64,000 nucleotides of DNA, taken from assembly GCA_049412325.1 (NCBI GenBank), contig JBMSEL010000007.1, positions 4,626 through 68,625 on the forward strand, read 5' to 3'. Under the pieces are notes generated by a model. The model saw only the letters and a list, made by a program, of their open reading frames with translations. It did no database searches and had not been told where the DNA came from. Numbering within the stretch: the stretch's first letter is position 1; each line of letters starts with the position of its first letter. The DNA comes from Poseidonia sp. (lineage in GTDB: Archaea; Thermoplasmatota; Poseidoniia; Poseidoniales; Poseidoniaceae). Positions 48,731 through 58,726 of the stretch are shown here, one piece after another. The position numbers were made by a program, and so were the translations under genes.

Positions 48731-49423
48731 TCAAATCCTGCCGGACAACCACTTCGGCGAAGGACCCCATCCGGTGGCATCCCCGCCGTGAATTTTCACC
48801 AGTTTTCCTGCGGAAAACAACGATTCCAACCAGACTTCAAGTGCGGTGCCTTCTCGCCCACCCAACTTGTTGCTGGCAATCTCCTCGATGTCTTCGGTTC
48901 GAAGACCGGTGCTCCCGTGGTCGCGGACGACGAGTTGGAGCAATTCTCGCAACCACGCCTCAGCCATCGGATCAACACTGGTGGCGCCTTGGGCAGGGAT
49001 TGGTGGGTCCATGTCTTCGATGATGTCCATCAATTCGATGATGTCCGGACGTTCAGCTGGTTCAAGCCCGGCTTGACTCAATTTTTCCTGAAGGTTTAGC
49101 TCGCCGATGGGGCGACGCACGATGGGGATTCGGCTCGGGTCTGGCGTGGGCCCCATGTCGGCCGGAGGTTGGTCCTCTGGTGCGTCCTCCATCTCGATAT
49201 TCTCGCCAGCCTCTTGGCGCTCTCGGCTGACGGTGGAGAGGTTACTGGCCTTGACCTGTGTCCCCGTAGGCATGGTCCAACCCACGCCGGTCAAGCCGAG
49301 TTCATCAACGTGCTTGGCCACCCATTCAGCATCGCCTTCAATGACGATGTTGACATCGTGATCATCAGACCGGAATCGGTACCTGACGTTGCCTCGGAGT
49401 TGACGCATTGAACGGGTCTCCAC
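48731..49423 (-). CDS. Hypothetical protein (230 aa) with an acidic/Pro-rich central linker, between aconitase and the giant surface-protein gene
   Basis: ORF only. Same strand as its neighbours. No domain recognised. Confidence 0.4.
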   Translation of the reverse strand: METRSMRQLRGNVRYRFRSDDHDVNIVIEGDAEWVAKHVDELGLTGVGWTMPTGTQVKASNLSTVSRERQEAGENIEMEDAPEDQPPADMGPTPDPSRIPIVRRPIGELNLQEKLSQAGLEPAERPDIIELMDIIEDMDPPIPAQGATSVDPMAEAWLRELLQLVVRDHGSTGLRTEDIEEIASNKLGGREGTALEVWLESLFSAGKLVKIHGGDATGWGPSPKWLSGRI

Positions 49424-49449
49424 TTCATCTGATTTTCAATCTACTGCAT

Positions 49450-52119
49450 TCATGCGGTGGATTGAGCCATCTCACGAAGGACGGTGTGGAGGATACCACC
49501 GTTGCGGTAATATTCAACCTCAACCGGCGTGTCCAGGCGAACCTGAGCCTCAAACGTCGTCGAGGTCCCGTCGCTTCGGTCAGCCGTGACCGTGATCCAC
49601 TGGAGCGGTTGGACATCATCGCTGAGCGGGATGGTGAACGCCTCGTGGCCGGTCAGGCCCAAGTGTTCGTGGGATTCGCCGTCTTTGAAGGTCAACGGAA
49701 GCACCCCCATGCCGACCAGATTGGAGCGATGGATGCGTTCAAACGACGTGGCGATCACCGCTTTAACCCCAAGAAGGTAAGTCCCTTTGGCCGCCCAGTC
49801 CCGTGATGAGCCGGTGCCGTACTGGCTGCCAGCCAAGACGACCTTGGGGGCCTCGATTTGTGCGGCATCGTAGACCGACATGACCTCATTCGTTTCGTGG
49901 TTGAGTGCATACCCGCCCTCCGTTCCTGGCGCCATCTGATTGCGGATTCGAACGTTTGCAAACGTGCCTCGCATCATGATCTCATGGTTGCCACGGCGGC
50001 TACCGAAGGAGTTGAAATCGCCCTGCTCGACCTTCCTCTCCACCAACCACTGACCCGCAGGGCCGTCGGCTGGGAAGGAGCCGGCTGGTGAAATGTGGTC
50101 GGTTGTAATGGAATCGCCCAACTTGAGCAACACCTTGGCGCCCTCGATGGAGGTGATGGGCTCAGGGGTCGCAGAGAGGCCGGAAAAGAAGGTCGGTAGG
50201 CGAATGTACGTCGAGGCGTCTTCCCAAGGGTAGAGCGGTGATGCTTCGGCTGGGATGCTGTTCCAACGTGGCTCATTCATGGCGTCAGCGTAGCGCTGAC
50301 GGAACATATCGGGCGTGATGACCTTCATGGCCTCGTCAATATCGGCCTCTGAAGGCCAGATTTCGTCGAGCATAACGGCCTTGCCGTCGTGGTCGTAGCC
50401 GATGGGTTCCGAGGTCAAATCGACTTCCAAGTTTCCGGCGATGGCGTACGCCACGACAAGGGGTGGGCTGGCCAAATACGAAGCCTTGACCTTCCCGTGA
50501 ACTCGACCCTCGAAATTGCGGTTTCCAGAAAGCACTGAGCCGACGATCAAGCCAGCCTCATCAATGGCCGCCTCGATGGCCTCGGGCAGTGGCCCGGAGT
50601 TGCCGATGCACGTGGTACAACCGTAACCAACGGTATGGAAACCCATGGCGTTGAGGTCGTCCTGAAGGCCTGTAGCTTCGTAGTATTCCGTGACCACCCG
50701 GCTACCCGGGGCCAAGGACGTTTTCACCCACGGCTTGACCGAAAGGCCACGCTGGCGGGCGTTTCGAGCCAGCAAACCAGCCGCCATCATGACGCCGGGA
50801 TTGGACGTGTTGGTGCACGAGGTGATGGCCGCGATGACCACGTCGCCGTGGTTCAAGTCGAACATTTCACCGTTCATCTCCACAATGGCGCCTTTCGACA
50901 AGTCTTCAGCCGCCAGACCGTGCCCCTGATGACCCACCTCATGGGTGAGGCTCTCGACGAAGTGCGACTTCATTTCATTGAGGTCCACGCGGTCCTGAGG
51001 GCGCTTGGGACCCGCCAGGGCGGGCACGACATCATCGAGGTTCAATTCAAGGACCGCTGTGTAGGATTTCTCTTCGGCGCCTTCACCGCACCAAAGACCC
51101 TGAGCCTTCGCGTAGGCTTCCACACCGGCCACAGCATCGTCCTCGCGCCCTGTGAGACGAAGGTAATCGAGGGTGCGTTCATCCACCGGGAAGAAGCCAC
51201 AAGTGGCACCGTATTCCGGTGCCATGTTGGCGATGGTGGCCCGGTCGGCCAACGACAGCGCCTTCATGCCAGCACCAAAGAACTCAACGAACTTCCCGAC
51301 CACACCGTGTTCACGAAGCATCTCAACGATGCGGAGCGTCATGTCGGTGGCGGTTACGCTGGGCTGGAGGCTGCCTGTCAAGCGAACACCGATGACATCA
51401 GGGGCGAGCATGTAGATGGGTTGGCCGAGCATCACAGCCTCGGCTTCAATGCCGCCAACGCCCCATCCAAGGACGCCGAGTCCGTTGACCATCGTGGTGT
51501 GAGAATCCGTCCCGACCAAGGTATCGGCCAGCCACACGCCTTCTTCTTGGCGAGCCACGCTGGCGAGGAATTCGAGGTTGACCTGATGGACAATGCCACG
51601 GGAAGGGGGGACGGCTTGGAAGTTCGCCAAAGATTGCTGGCCCCATTTGAGGAAGGTGTAGCGTTCCATGTTGCGGTGGTATTCAATGTCGAGGTTCATG
51701 TCAAGAGCGTCGCTGCTCGCACCCGAAACATCGACCTGAACCGAGTGGTCAATGACCAGATCCACGGGCACTTGGGGGTTGACCTTCTCGGGGTCGCCGC
51801 CCATTTCCACCATAGCGTCACGCAGGGCAGCCAAATCCACCACGGCGGGGACACCGGTGAAGTCCTGAAGGATGACACGTGAAGGGCGGAAGGGAATTTC
51901 GCCGCGCTCACCGTCAGGCGTCCATGCAGCAATCTTGCGAATGTCATCCTCGGTGATGAGAAACCCATCGTTAGCGCGCAAAGCGCCTTCGAGGAGAATG
52001 CGGATGGAGTAGGGCAAGTGAGCCGTGGAAATACCGTTGGCATCAAGGGCGTCAAGGGCGTAGTAATCGCCACCAACGCCGAGGGTCTTGCGTGCGTTAA
52101 AGGGGTCCAAGGTCGCCAT
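49450..52119 (-). CDS. acnA: Aconitate hydratase A (aconitase/IRP family)
   Basis: 889 aa. Fe-S cysteine ligand blocks TSCTNTSNP and [10 protein letters not shown], and an SRRGNHE swivel-domain motif. Confidence 0.95.
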   Translation of the reverse strand: MATLDPFNARKTLGVGGDYYALDALDANGISTAHLPYSIRILLEGALRANDGFLITEDDIRKIAAWTPDGERGEIPFRPSRVILQDFTGVPAVVDLAALRDAMVEMGGDPEKVNPQVPVDLVIDHSVQVDVSGASSDALDMNLDIEYHRNMERYTFLKWGQQSLANFQAVPPSRGIVHQVNLEFLASVARQEEGVWLADTLVGTDSHTTMVNGLGVLGWGVGGIEAEAVMLGQPIYMLAPDVIGVRLTGSLQPSVTATDMTLRIVEMLREHGVVGKFVEFFGAGMKALSLADRATIANMAPEYGATCGFFPVDERTLDYLRLTGREDDAVAGVEAYAKAQGLWCGEGAEEKSYTAVLELNLDDVVPALAGPKRPQDRVDLNEMKSHFVESLTHEVGHQGHGLAAEDLSKGAIVEMNGEMFDLNHGDVVIAAITSCTNTSNPGVMMAAGLLARNARQRGLSVKPWVKTSLAPGSRVVTEYYEATGLQDDLNAMGFHTVGYGCTTCIGNSGPLPEAIEAAIDEAGLIVGSVLSGNRNFEGRVHGKVKASYLASPPLVVAYAIAGNLEVDLTSEPIGYDHDGKAVMLDEIWPSEADIDEAMKVITPDMFRQRYADAMNEPRWNSIPAEASPLYPWEDASTYIRLPTFFSGLSATPEPITSIEGAKVLLKLGDSITTDHISPAGSFPADGPAGQWLVERKVEQGDFNSFGSRRGNHEIMMRGTFANVRIRNQMAPGTEGGYALNHETNEVMSVYDAAQIEAPKVVLAGSQYGTGSSRDWAAKGTYLLGVKAVIATSFERIHRSNLVGMGVLPLTFKDGESHEHLGLTGHEAFTIPLSDDVQPLQWITVTADRSDGTSTTFEAQVRLDTPVEVEYYRNGGILHTVLREMAQSTA

Positions 52120-52219
52120 GATTTATGGGAAAACCCCCCCGTCTATGAAGAAAACCCTTCACCCCTCACGCCGGTTTGGCCCATCGCTGCTGCGTGGGTT
52201 CCTCTCACTGACGCTCGCT

Positions 52220-53266
52220 TCACCAGAACTCGTACCAAGGCTTGGTTTCAGAACCGACAAAGGTGGCCGACACCAACTCAACGTTTTGGGCTGGACGGTC
52301 ATTTTGACCCGTTTCGACTCCGGAAATGGCCGTGACATGGTCGCAGCCGCTGGTGACTTCGCCAAACACGGTGTGAACACCGTCCAGCCAGGAGGGCGTG
52401 CTGTCGCTGGGGATGAGGAAGAATTGGCTTCCTCCCGTGTTGGCAGCGCTGGTCTTGGCCATCGAGATGGTGCACGGCTCGTGATTGAGGCCGTTGTCAG
52501 CTTCATCGGGAATGGTATACGATGTCTTTCCGGCGCACTCCGCTTCGGTTGTCTCGGCTCCATTACAGTAACCGAACCACTTGGCTGCGTGGCCGCCGGT
52601 GCCGTCACTGTTGGTGAAATCGCCACCCTGAATCATGAAATCATCGATGACGCGATGGAAGATGGTCCCGTCGTAATCGCCGTTCTGCACGAGGAGTTTG
52701 AAATTCTCAACGTGAACAGGAGCCAAGTCGGGGTACAGCTCAATGGTGACCGTCCCGCTGTTGGCGCCGCCGTTCCACGTCAATTCAAATTCGACGATGT
52801 CGGTCGTGGTGTCGCCTCGGTTAGCGACGTTGATCATCGCCAGCAAAAGCACACCCGCCAGGACGATGGCCACGATCCCCGCAGGTGTTGGCGTGCCATC
52901 GTTGAGCAAACGAGGGAAGGTGGTCTCGCTGATGCCCTTGTCCTGCATCTCGTTGAGGAGTTCGTTGTAAAGGCGGTCAGCCTTCTTGTCCCGAGGGTTC
53001 TTCTTGGTGGATTCTCGAAGCAGCGAGGCGGCACGACGGTAGTCGCCGCGGTTGTTGCGTGCCTTGGCCTCGAGCCAGGTCGCATGGCCTGCCAGACGCA
53101 GCGTGGTGGGCTCCTTGCCGTCGGCGTCAATGTCCCGAAGAATCTTCAGGGCTGAATCGCCTTTTCCTTTCGTGATGGCTTTCTCAGCCTTCTCCCATCC
53201 GGCCGTCATCGCATCGTCCGCCATGCTTCTGCCCAACCACCCTATGGTTTTGAGCCGTTCGCTCAA
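52220..53266 (-). CDS. Membrane-anchored cyclophilin-type peptidyl-prolyl cis-trans isomerase with an N-terminal TPR-like cytoplasmic region
   Basis: FHRVIDDFMIQGGDFTNSDGTGG cyclophilin core, a central TM helix (AGIVAIVLAGVLLLAMI) and TPR-like N-terminal helices. Confidence 0.85.
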   Translation of the reverse strand: MSERLKTIGWLGRSMADDAMTAGWEKAEKAITKGKGDSALKILRDIDADGKEPTTLRLAGHATWLEAKARNNRGDYRRAASLLRESTKKNPRDKKADRLYNELLNEMQDKGISETTFPRLLNDGTPTPAGIVAIVLAGVLLLAMINVANRGDTTTDIVEFELTWNGGANSGTVTIELYPDLAPVHVENFKLLVQNGDYDGTIFHRVIDDFMIQGGDFTNSDGTGGHAAKWFGYCNGAETTEAECAGKTSYTIPDEADNGLNHEPCTISMAKTSAANTGGSQFFLIPSDSTPSWLDGVHTVFGEVTSGCDHVTAISGVETGQNDRPAQNVELVSATFVGSETKPWYEFW

Positions 53267-53317
53267 GCAAACTGTTCGGCGCCCTACGGGCGTCAGCCTG
53301 CTGAATGGAGCGGCAAC

Positions 53318-55180
53318 ATGTTGAAAGAGTGCTTGGCCAGCCCGAACTCAAGGACGGGTTCCCCGCCAGCCCCACGAGGGATGTTTCACATGGACCGCAT
53401 CATCAATGACTTCACCATCAACATCGCCACCGCCAACGGAACCGGGTCGCAATCCGCCAACCTCATTTTGTTGCAATCGCTCTTTGACATGGGGGTTCCC
53501 GTCAGCGGGAAGAACCTCTTCCCGTCCAACATTTCCGGCCTCCCCACTTGGTACATCGTCCGTCTCTCGGACAAGGGCTATCAGGCCCCCGGCGACCGCA
53601 CGCACATCCAGGTGTTGGTCAACCCTGCCACGTGGGACGAGGACCTCGCCGCACTTGAGCCAGGTTCCGTCGTGATTTGGAACAGCGACACGAAGAAGAA
53701 AACCGTCGAGCGCGACGACATCATCTCCTACCCGGTGCCGATGAGTTCCTTGGCTCGAAAAATCAACCCGAAAATCGCCAAACTCGTTACCAACATCATC
53801 TACGTCGGGATCCTCGCCGAACTGCTTGGAATCGATCAAGCCTGCCTCGAATCTGCTGTTGCCAAGCAATTCAAGGGCAAGGCCACCGCTGTTGAACTCA
53901 ACATCACGGCGCTCGGTTTGGGCCGAGACTACTGCAAAGAGCACCTGACCAAGGAGGACGCTTACGCTGTGGAACCCCGCGACGTTGAGGTGCCCCAGTT
54001 CTTCATCGAAGGCAACGAAGCAGCCGCGCTCGGCGCCCATTACGGCGGCGTCCAATTGCTGGCCTGGTACCCCATCACGCCCTCGTCCTCGATGGCTGAA
54101 GGCATCATCAATTACATCCCAAGGCTGCGAACTGACGACGAAGGCAACGCCACCATGGCCGTGATTCAGGCGGAGGACGAACTCGCCGCCGCCGGCATGG
54201 TGCTCGGGGCCGGTTGGGCCGGTGGCCGTGGCATGACCGCTACCTCTGGACCCGGTATTTCGCTGATGCAGGAATTCATCGGCCTGGCCTACTTTGCTGA
54301 AATCCCCTCGGTCTTCTGGGATGTCACTCGTGTCGGCCCTTCCACCGGCCTGCCTACTCGCACTCAACAATCCGACATCGCCATGCTCTACGAGGGCAGC
54401 CACGGCGATACGCAACACATCGTGCTCATCCCGGGAACCGTGGAGGAGTGCTTTGAGTACGGTTGGCGAGCCTTCGATTACGCCGAGCGTTTCCAAACGC
54501 CGGTCTTCGGCATGAGCGACCTCGACCTCGGCATGAACCGCTGGGCTTGTGGCGGTTTCACGTATCCTGACCAGCCCATGGACCGTGGCAAGACCGTCCG
54601 TGAGAAGGACGTGTTCGAAGCCTTCGAAACCTTTGGTCGCTACCTCGACGTGGACGGCGACGGCATTCCTTATCGTACGCTCCCCGGCTCTGGCATGGCT
54701 CCCATCCTCTACCGAGGAACAGGCCACAACCCCATGGGCGTCTACTCCGAAAAACCGGAGGATTACTACAACCTCATGCAACGTCTACGAACGAAGATCG
54801 ACAACGCCCGAGACCAATTACCTGCCCCTCTCCTTCGAGAAGAAGATGAGTGCGAGGTCGGAATCGTCTTCCTCGGCAGCATGGAAAATTCGATTCAAGA
54901 AATCGACGACATCCTCGAAGAAACGGGTCTCAAGGTCAGCCAGTGCCGTGTTCGCGCCCTACCTCTACACTCCGAGGTGGAGGAATTTGTGCGCCGACAC
55001 GATGTTGTCATCGTCCTTGAGATCAACCGCGACGGGCAACTTTACGGCATTCTGCGCCGCGAACTCCCCAACGACCTGGTCACCAAGGTGCACTCGGTTG
55101 CCTACAGCGACGGCATGCCGCCACGGGCACGCATCTACGCTGAGCGTATTCTGCAAACCCTCGAGGAGGTGAAGCAATGA
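53318..55180 (+). CDS. korA: 2-oxoglutarate/2-oxoacid:ferredoxin oxidoreductase alpha subunit. The probable start is MDRIINDF at ~53390.
   Basis: N-terminal gamma-like domain (DFTINIATANGTGSQSAN) followed by a pyruvate-flavodoxin/ferredoxin oxidoreductase core domain. Operonic with the TPP-binding beta subunit (4-nt overlap). Confidence 0.85.
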   Translation: MLKECLASPNSRTGSPPAPRGMFHMDRIINDFTINIATANGTGSQSANLILLQSLFDMGVPVSGKNLFPSNISGLPTWYIVRLSDKGYQAPGDRTHIQVLVNPATWDEDLAALEPGSVVIWNSDTKKKTVERDDIISYPVPMSSLARKINPKIAKLVTNIIYVGILAELLGIDQACLESAVAKQFKGKATAVELNITALGLGRDYCKEHLTKEDAYAVEPRDVEVPQFFIEGNEAAALGAHYGGVQLLAWYPITPSSSMAEGIINYIPRLRTDDEGNATMAVIQAEDELAAAGMVLGAGWAGGRGMTATSGPGISLMQEFIGLAYFAEIPSVFWDVTRVGPSTGLPTRTQQSDIAMLYEGSHGDTQHIVLIPGTVEECFEYGWRAFDYAERFQTPVFGMSDLDLGMNRWACGGFTYPDQPMDRGKTVREKDVFEAFETFGRYLDVDGDGIPYRTLPGSGMAPILYRGTGHNPMGVYSEKPEDYYNLMQRLRTKIDNARDQLPAPLLREEDECEVGIVFLGSMENSIQEIDDILEETGLKVSQCRVRALPLHSEVEEFVRRHDVVIVLEINRDGQLYGILRRELPNDLVTKVHSVAYSDGMPPRARIYAERILQTLEEVKQ

Positions 55181-56223
55181 GCGACAAACCCGCACGAGCC
55201 ATCAAACTGAACGTTCTCAACGAGCCAAAGGACAGCTACACCGGCGGACCATCCTCGCTATGTCCTGGTTGTGGCCACGACCAGATTTCCAACGTCATCA
55301 TCACGGCTGCATGGGAAAACGGGATTGAACCTCATCGCATCGCCAAGATGTCGGGCATTGGATGTTCATCGAAGACGCCTGCCTACTACCTCGGCCAGTC
55401 CCACGGTTTCAACACCGTTCACGGCCGCATGCCCTCGGTGACCACCGGTGCCTATGCGATCAACAAAGACTTGCTCTACCTCGGCGTTTCTGGTGACGGT
55501 GACTCCGCCTCCATCGGTATTGGACAACTCATCCACGCCATTCGCCGTAACATGGACATGGTCTACATCGTCGAGAACAACGGCGTCTACGGCCTGACGA
55601 AGGGCCAGTACTCCGCCACCGCTGACGTGGGCTCAAAGAAGAAGAAGGGGCCAGCCAATGAAACCCAACCCATTGACTTGTGCGCCCTGGCCATCAATCT
55701 CGGTTGCACCTTCGTTGCTCGCTCGTTTTCGGGTTCCAAAAAGCAACTGACCTCCCTGCTCAAGGCCGCCATGTCCCACAAGGGCTTTGCTCTGATCGAC
55801 GTCATCTCGCCCTGTGTCACGTTCAACAACAACGACGAGTCCATGCGGTCTTACGGCTACGTCAAGGAGAATGAAATCACGCTCCACATGGCTGATTACA
55901 TTCCCCACTTCAACCCCGTAGAAGAGATTGAAGTCCCTGAAGGTCACTTCCGAGACATCACGCTTCACGACGGTTCGACCATCCGATTGGAAACCATCTC
56001 GGCTGAACACGACCCCGGCGACGCCATGGCGGCCCTCACGGCGTTGCACGAAGCCGAGACCACCAAGAAGCACGTCACTGGTCTGCTCTACTTTGACGCC
56101 AGCAAACCGTCGTTGGCCGAAGACCTCGGTTTGGTCGACACCCCACTGCTCGATGTTCCTGACGAGGTGCTCCGCCCCGACCAAGCCTCGCTTGATGCGT
56201 TGAACGCAGAATTCCTTGCTTGA
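55177..56223 (+). CDS. korB: 2-oxoacid:ferredoxin oxidoreductase beta subunit (TPP-binding)
   Basis: TPP motif GDGDSASIGIGQLIHAIRRNMDMVYIVENNGVYGLTKGQ and an N-terminal Cys cluster (CPGCGH). Confidence 0.9.
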   Translation: MSDKPARAIKLNVLNEPKDSYTGGPSSLCPGCGHDQISNVIITAAWENGIEPHRIAKMSGIGCSSKTPAYYLGQSHGFNTVHGRMPSVTTGAYAINKDLLYLGVSGDGDSASIGIGQLIHAIRRNMDMVYIVENNGVYGLTKGQYSATADVGSKKKKGPANETQPIDLCALAINLGCTFVARSFSGSKKQLTSLLKAAMSHKGFALIDVISPCVTFNNNDESMRSYGYVKENEITLHMADYIPHFNPVEEIEVPEGHFRDITLHDGSTIRLETISAEHDPGDAMAALTALHEAETTKKHVTGLLYFDASKPSLAEDLGLVDTPLLDVPDEVLRPDQASLDALNAEFLA

Positions 56224-56273
56224 GTGGCCCCGAACCGCTTCTCTCATTAAGGAGCCCGAACAAATACAAGGCT

Positions 56274-57176
56274 ATGGTGGACCCTCTCACCCTAGGAACC
56301 AGCCTCGGTTTGGGGGGGTTTGGTTTCTACCTGCTGAACCGATATTGGCAACAACGCCAAGCCCAACTGCGAGCCCTGGCCTTGCTTGACAAGTACAGCA
56401 CGCGTTCCCGTATCGGGCTCCATCAAGGGGAGATGCGCCTTCTCGTCTCCATGCCGCAGGTGGGGGAACTTCCACTTGCTGAGCAAGCGGCGTGGCAGGA
56501 ACGGGATGAACGACGCAATCGCAATTTCCTCGAACTCGGCCTGCTCCAAGCCAACGCCGAAGAGGAAGATGACCCGCCTGCCGTCGACGATGACGTCATG
56601 GACGAGGACGAGCGTTTGATCGAACTTGAAGTACGCCAAACCTGGACAAGTGAACACCAAGCCCCGATGACCGAACACGCCGCCGTGGTGGCGGAGGAAC
56701 ACGTCGGGAGCGGCGTGATCGTAGCCACCGAAGAGGACGAGGAACCCGAAGTCAACATGGATGAGCGTCTTGAGCGGGAAGGTGGCGCTTCCGGTGAGGT
56801 GCAAATTTCACTGGCTTGGGACGACTACAATGACCTTGACCTTCACCTCTTTTGTCCGTCTGGTGAACGCATTTACTTCAACAACAAGAAAAGTGAATGC
56901 GGCGGCCACTTGGACGTGGACATGAACGTCCGACCCGTATCCAATACGCCGGTGGAAAACATCGTGTGGGCGGGCGATGCACCGCTTGGCACCTACAAAG
57001 TGGGCGTCCATTTCTACAAACATCACCGAAAGCGACGAACCAAGCGCGTCTGCAAGTACCGCTTGCGAGTGGTCACCCACGGACGAAGCCGAGAGTACCT
57101 CGGGAGCATCAAGTACGGGCAAGCCATGCAGATGGTGACGTCGTTTTCACTTGCGAACGCGGCTCACAAAGGCTGA
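56274..57176 (+). CDS. Hypothetical membrane-anchored protein with an acidic linker and a Cys/His-containing basic C-terminal domain. The ORF-track start at 56220 is trimmed to MVDPL.
   Basis: N-terminal TM (LGTSLGLGGFGFYLL), an acidic stretch (ANAEEEDDPPAVDDDVMDEDE) and a C-terminus LHLFCPSGERIYFNNKKSECGGHLDVDMN...KHHRKRRTKRVCKYR. SD-like AAGGAG upstream. Confidence 0.4.
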   Translation: MVDPLTLGTSLGLGGFGFYLLNRYWQQRQAQLRALALLDKYSTRSRIGLHQGEMRLLVSMPQVGELPLAEQAAWQERDERRNRNFLELGLLQANAEEEDDPPAVDDDVMDEDERLIELEVRQTWTSEHQAPMTEHAAVVAEEHVGSGVIVATEEDEEPEVNMDERLEREGGASGEVQISLAWDDYNDLDLHLFCPSGERIYFNNKKSECGGHLDVDMNVRPVSNTPVENIVWAGDAPLGTYKVGVHFYKHHRKRRTKRVCKYRLRVVTHGRSREYLGSIKYGQAMQMVTSFSLANAAHKG

Positions 57177-57904
57177 GTTGCCAGCGCAGCGCCGAGGGGA
57201 CCTGCCGTTTCCAACAGCGAAGCAGGGACCAATTCTGCCCGCGTGGATAGGAGCGGACGAATCGTGTCCCAGTGTTCCATCAAGCCGCCGTAGAGGATGA
57301 TTCGGTCGGGCTCAAGGCTCGCTTCAAGATGCACGAGGCCTTCCTGAAAACGTCCTGCCCATGCCTCAAGGCTCAATCCTTCAATCCGACGGGCCTGCCC
57401 GGAGAGATGTTCCTCTAAACAGCCCGGTCGTGTCGGGTGAGGCCATCGCCCATACTCTAAGTTCGGCACCATCGTTCCGTTTTGGTGGAGGGTGGTGCCG
57501 AGCCCTGTCCCAACGGTCAAGGTCAACACACACGCAGCCTTGCCGTGTCCAGCGCCGTGATGGCACTCAGCCACGGCCACGGCATCGGCGTCGTTGATGA
57601 GGGAAAACCGGCCACCGTGATAGGGCTCAAGGCTCGCTCCAACGTCATAACCAATCCAAGCATCGCCCAGATTGGGGGCGGTGATGGGGCGCCCGTCGAC
57701 CACGGCGCCAGGAAAACCCATCCCGATGGGGCCCTGCCAGCCGATGGTGTCCAGCACTGTTCGGATGGCAGAAAGAACAGCCGCCGGCTCGGTTGAATCA
57801 CCGTGAGTGAAGCGTTCCAATTCTCCCACAAGCTCGCCGGAGTCGAGGTTGAACACCCCCGTCCGGAATCCACTGCCGCCCACATCGATACCAAGCGCAT
57901 TCAA
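57164..57904 (-). CDS. ppgK: Polyphosphate glucokinase-like ROK-family sugar kinase
   Basis: GIDVGGSGFR phosphate-1 motif, LINDADAVAVAECHHGAG and TVGTGLGTTLHQNGTMVPNLE align along the full length of actinobacterial PpgK (~250 aa). Confidence 0.7.
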   Translation of the reverse strand: MNALGIDVGGSGFRTGVFNLDSGELVGELERFTHGDSTEPAAVLSAIRTVLDTIGWQGPIGMGFPGAVVDGRPITAPNLGDAWIGYDVGASLEPYHGGRFSLINDADAVAVAECHHGAGHGKAACVLTLTVGTGLGTTLHQNGTMVPNLEYGRWPHPTRPGCLEEHLSGQARRIEGLSLEAWAGRFQEGLVHLEASLEPDRIILYGGLMEHWDTIRPLLSTRAELVPASLLETAGPLGAALATQPL

Positions 57905-57907
57905 CGG

Positions 57908-58723
57908 TTAACCCTCCGTTGTTCGTTGAAGGATGGCGTCAACCAGTGGCGGGAACGTGTCACCGTGCAGATGTGGCGACCTGACATCGGCGGCCTGAGA
58001 AACGGCATCAAAGGCGCCACCTACGGCGACCGACCAGTGCAACAGGTCGAACATGGGAAGGTCGTTGGGTGCATCGCCAACGCACAGAGCATCTTCAACC
58101 GACCAGCCCATACGGTCAAACAGGACACGAAGGCCTTCCCCCTTGCTCAAGTGTGGCTCCATCAGATGAATCGCAAACCCGGTTCGCACGACGCTGAGAT
58201 GTGGCCAGGGTCCAGTGGCCATGGCCGCTGTTACGGCTTCCAGATTTTCATCGGGAAAGAGGCACCATTCGCTTTCTCGCCACCGGTTGGTGGCGATGCC
58301 GTCGGGATCCAGGCCGTCGATCTCCCCGGCCAACCAATGCGCGGCTTCTTTGGCCTCGGCAGCGGTCGCTCGCAGCATCGGTTCCTCCCAAGAAGGATGC
58401 CAAATCACGCCACCGTTTTCACAGCACATGGGGGCAGAGAGGCCCAAAAACCGCCACAAGCCGTACGTGACTGGACGGACATTCCCGGTCGCCAACACCA
58501 CAGGAATGCCAGCATCTTCCAGTTTCCGAACGGCCAAGACGGCGTCGGTGGAGAGGTGCTTCTTGCTGTCCGTGATGGTCCCATCAATGTCGATGACCAC
58601 CACGCTAGGACACCAATTCGGCGGCAGCCATTCCATGGTTTTGGCTGAGCCCATGCGCGTCATGAACCTTGCCTTGAACGGCCCATCAAACACGGTTGAT
58701 GAGATGGTTTCTTGAACGGCCAT
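57908..58723 (-). CDS. HAD-superfamily IIB phosphatase (phosphoglycolate / sugar-phosphate phosphatase-like)
   Basis: DxDGT motif (VVVIDIDGTITDSKK), a C-terminal GDAPND motif, 271 aa. Confidence 0.8.
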   Translation of the reverse strand: MAVQETISSTVFDGPFKARFMTRMGSAKTMEWLPPNWCPSVVVIDIDGTITDSKKHLSTDAVLAVRKLEDAGIPVVLATGNVRPVTYGLWRFLGLSAPMCCENGGVIWHPSWEEPMLRATAAEAKEAAHWLAGEIDGLDPDGIATNRWRESEWCLFPDENLEAVTAAMATGPWPHLSVVRTGFAIHLMEPHLSKGEGLRVLFDRMGWSVEDALCVGDAPNDLPMFDLLHWSVAVGGAFDAVSQAADVRSPHLHGDTFPPLVDAILQRTTEG

Positions 58724-58726
58724 TGA

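Noticed and set aside
50635-51882. 415-aa plus-strand ORF inside the aconitase gene, and 53348..54781 (minus) inside korA
   Set aside because: Both are antisense to genes with strong catalytic motifs and have no features of their own.
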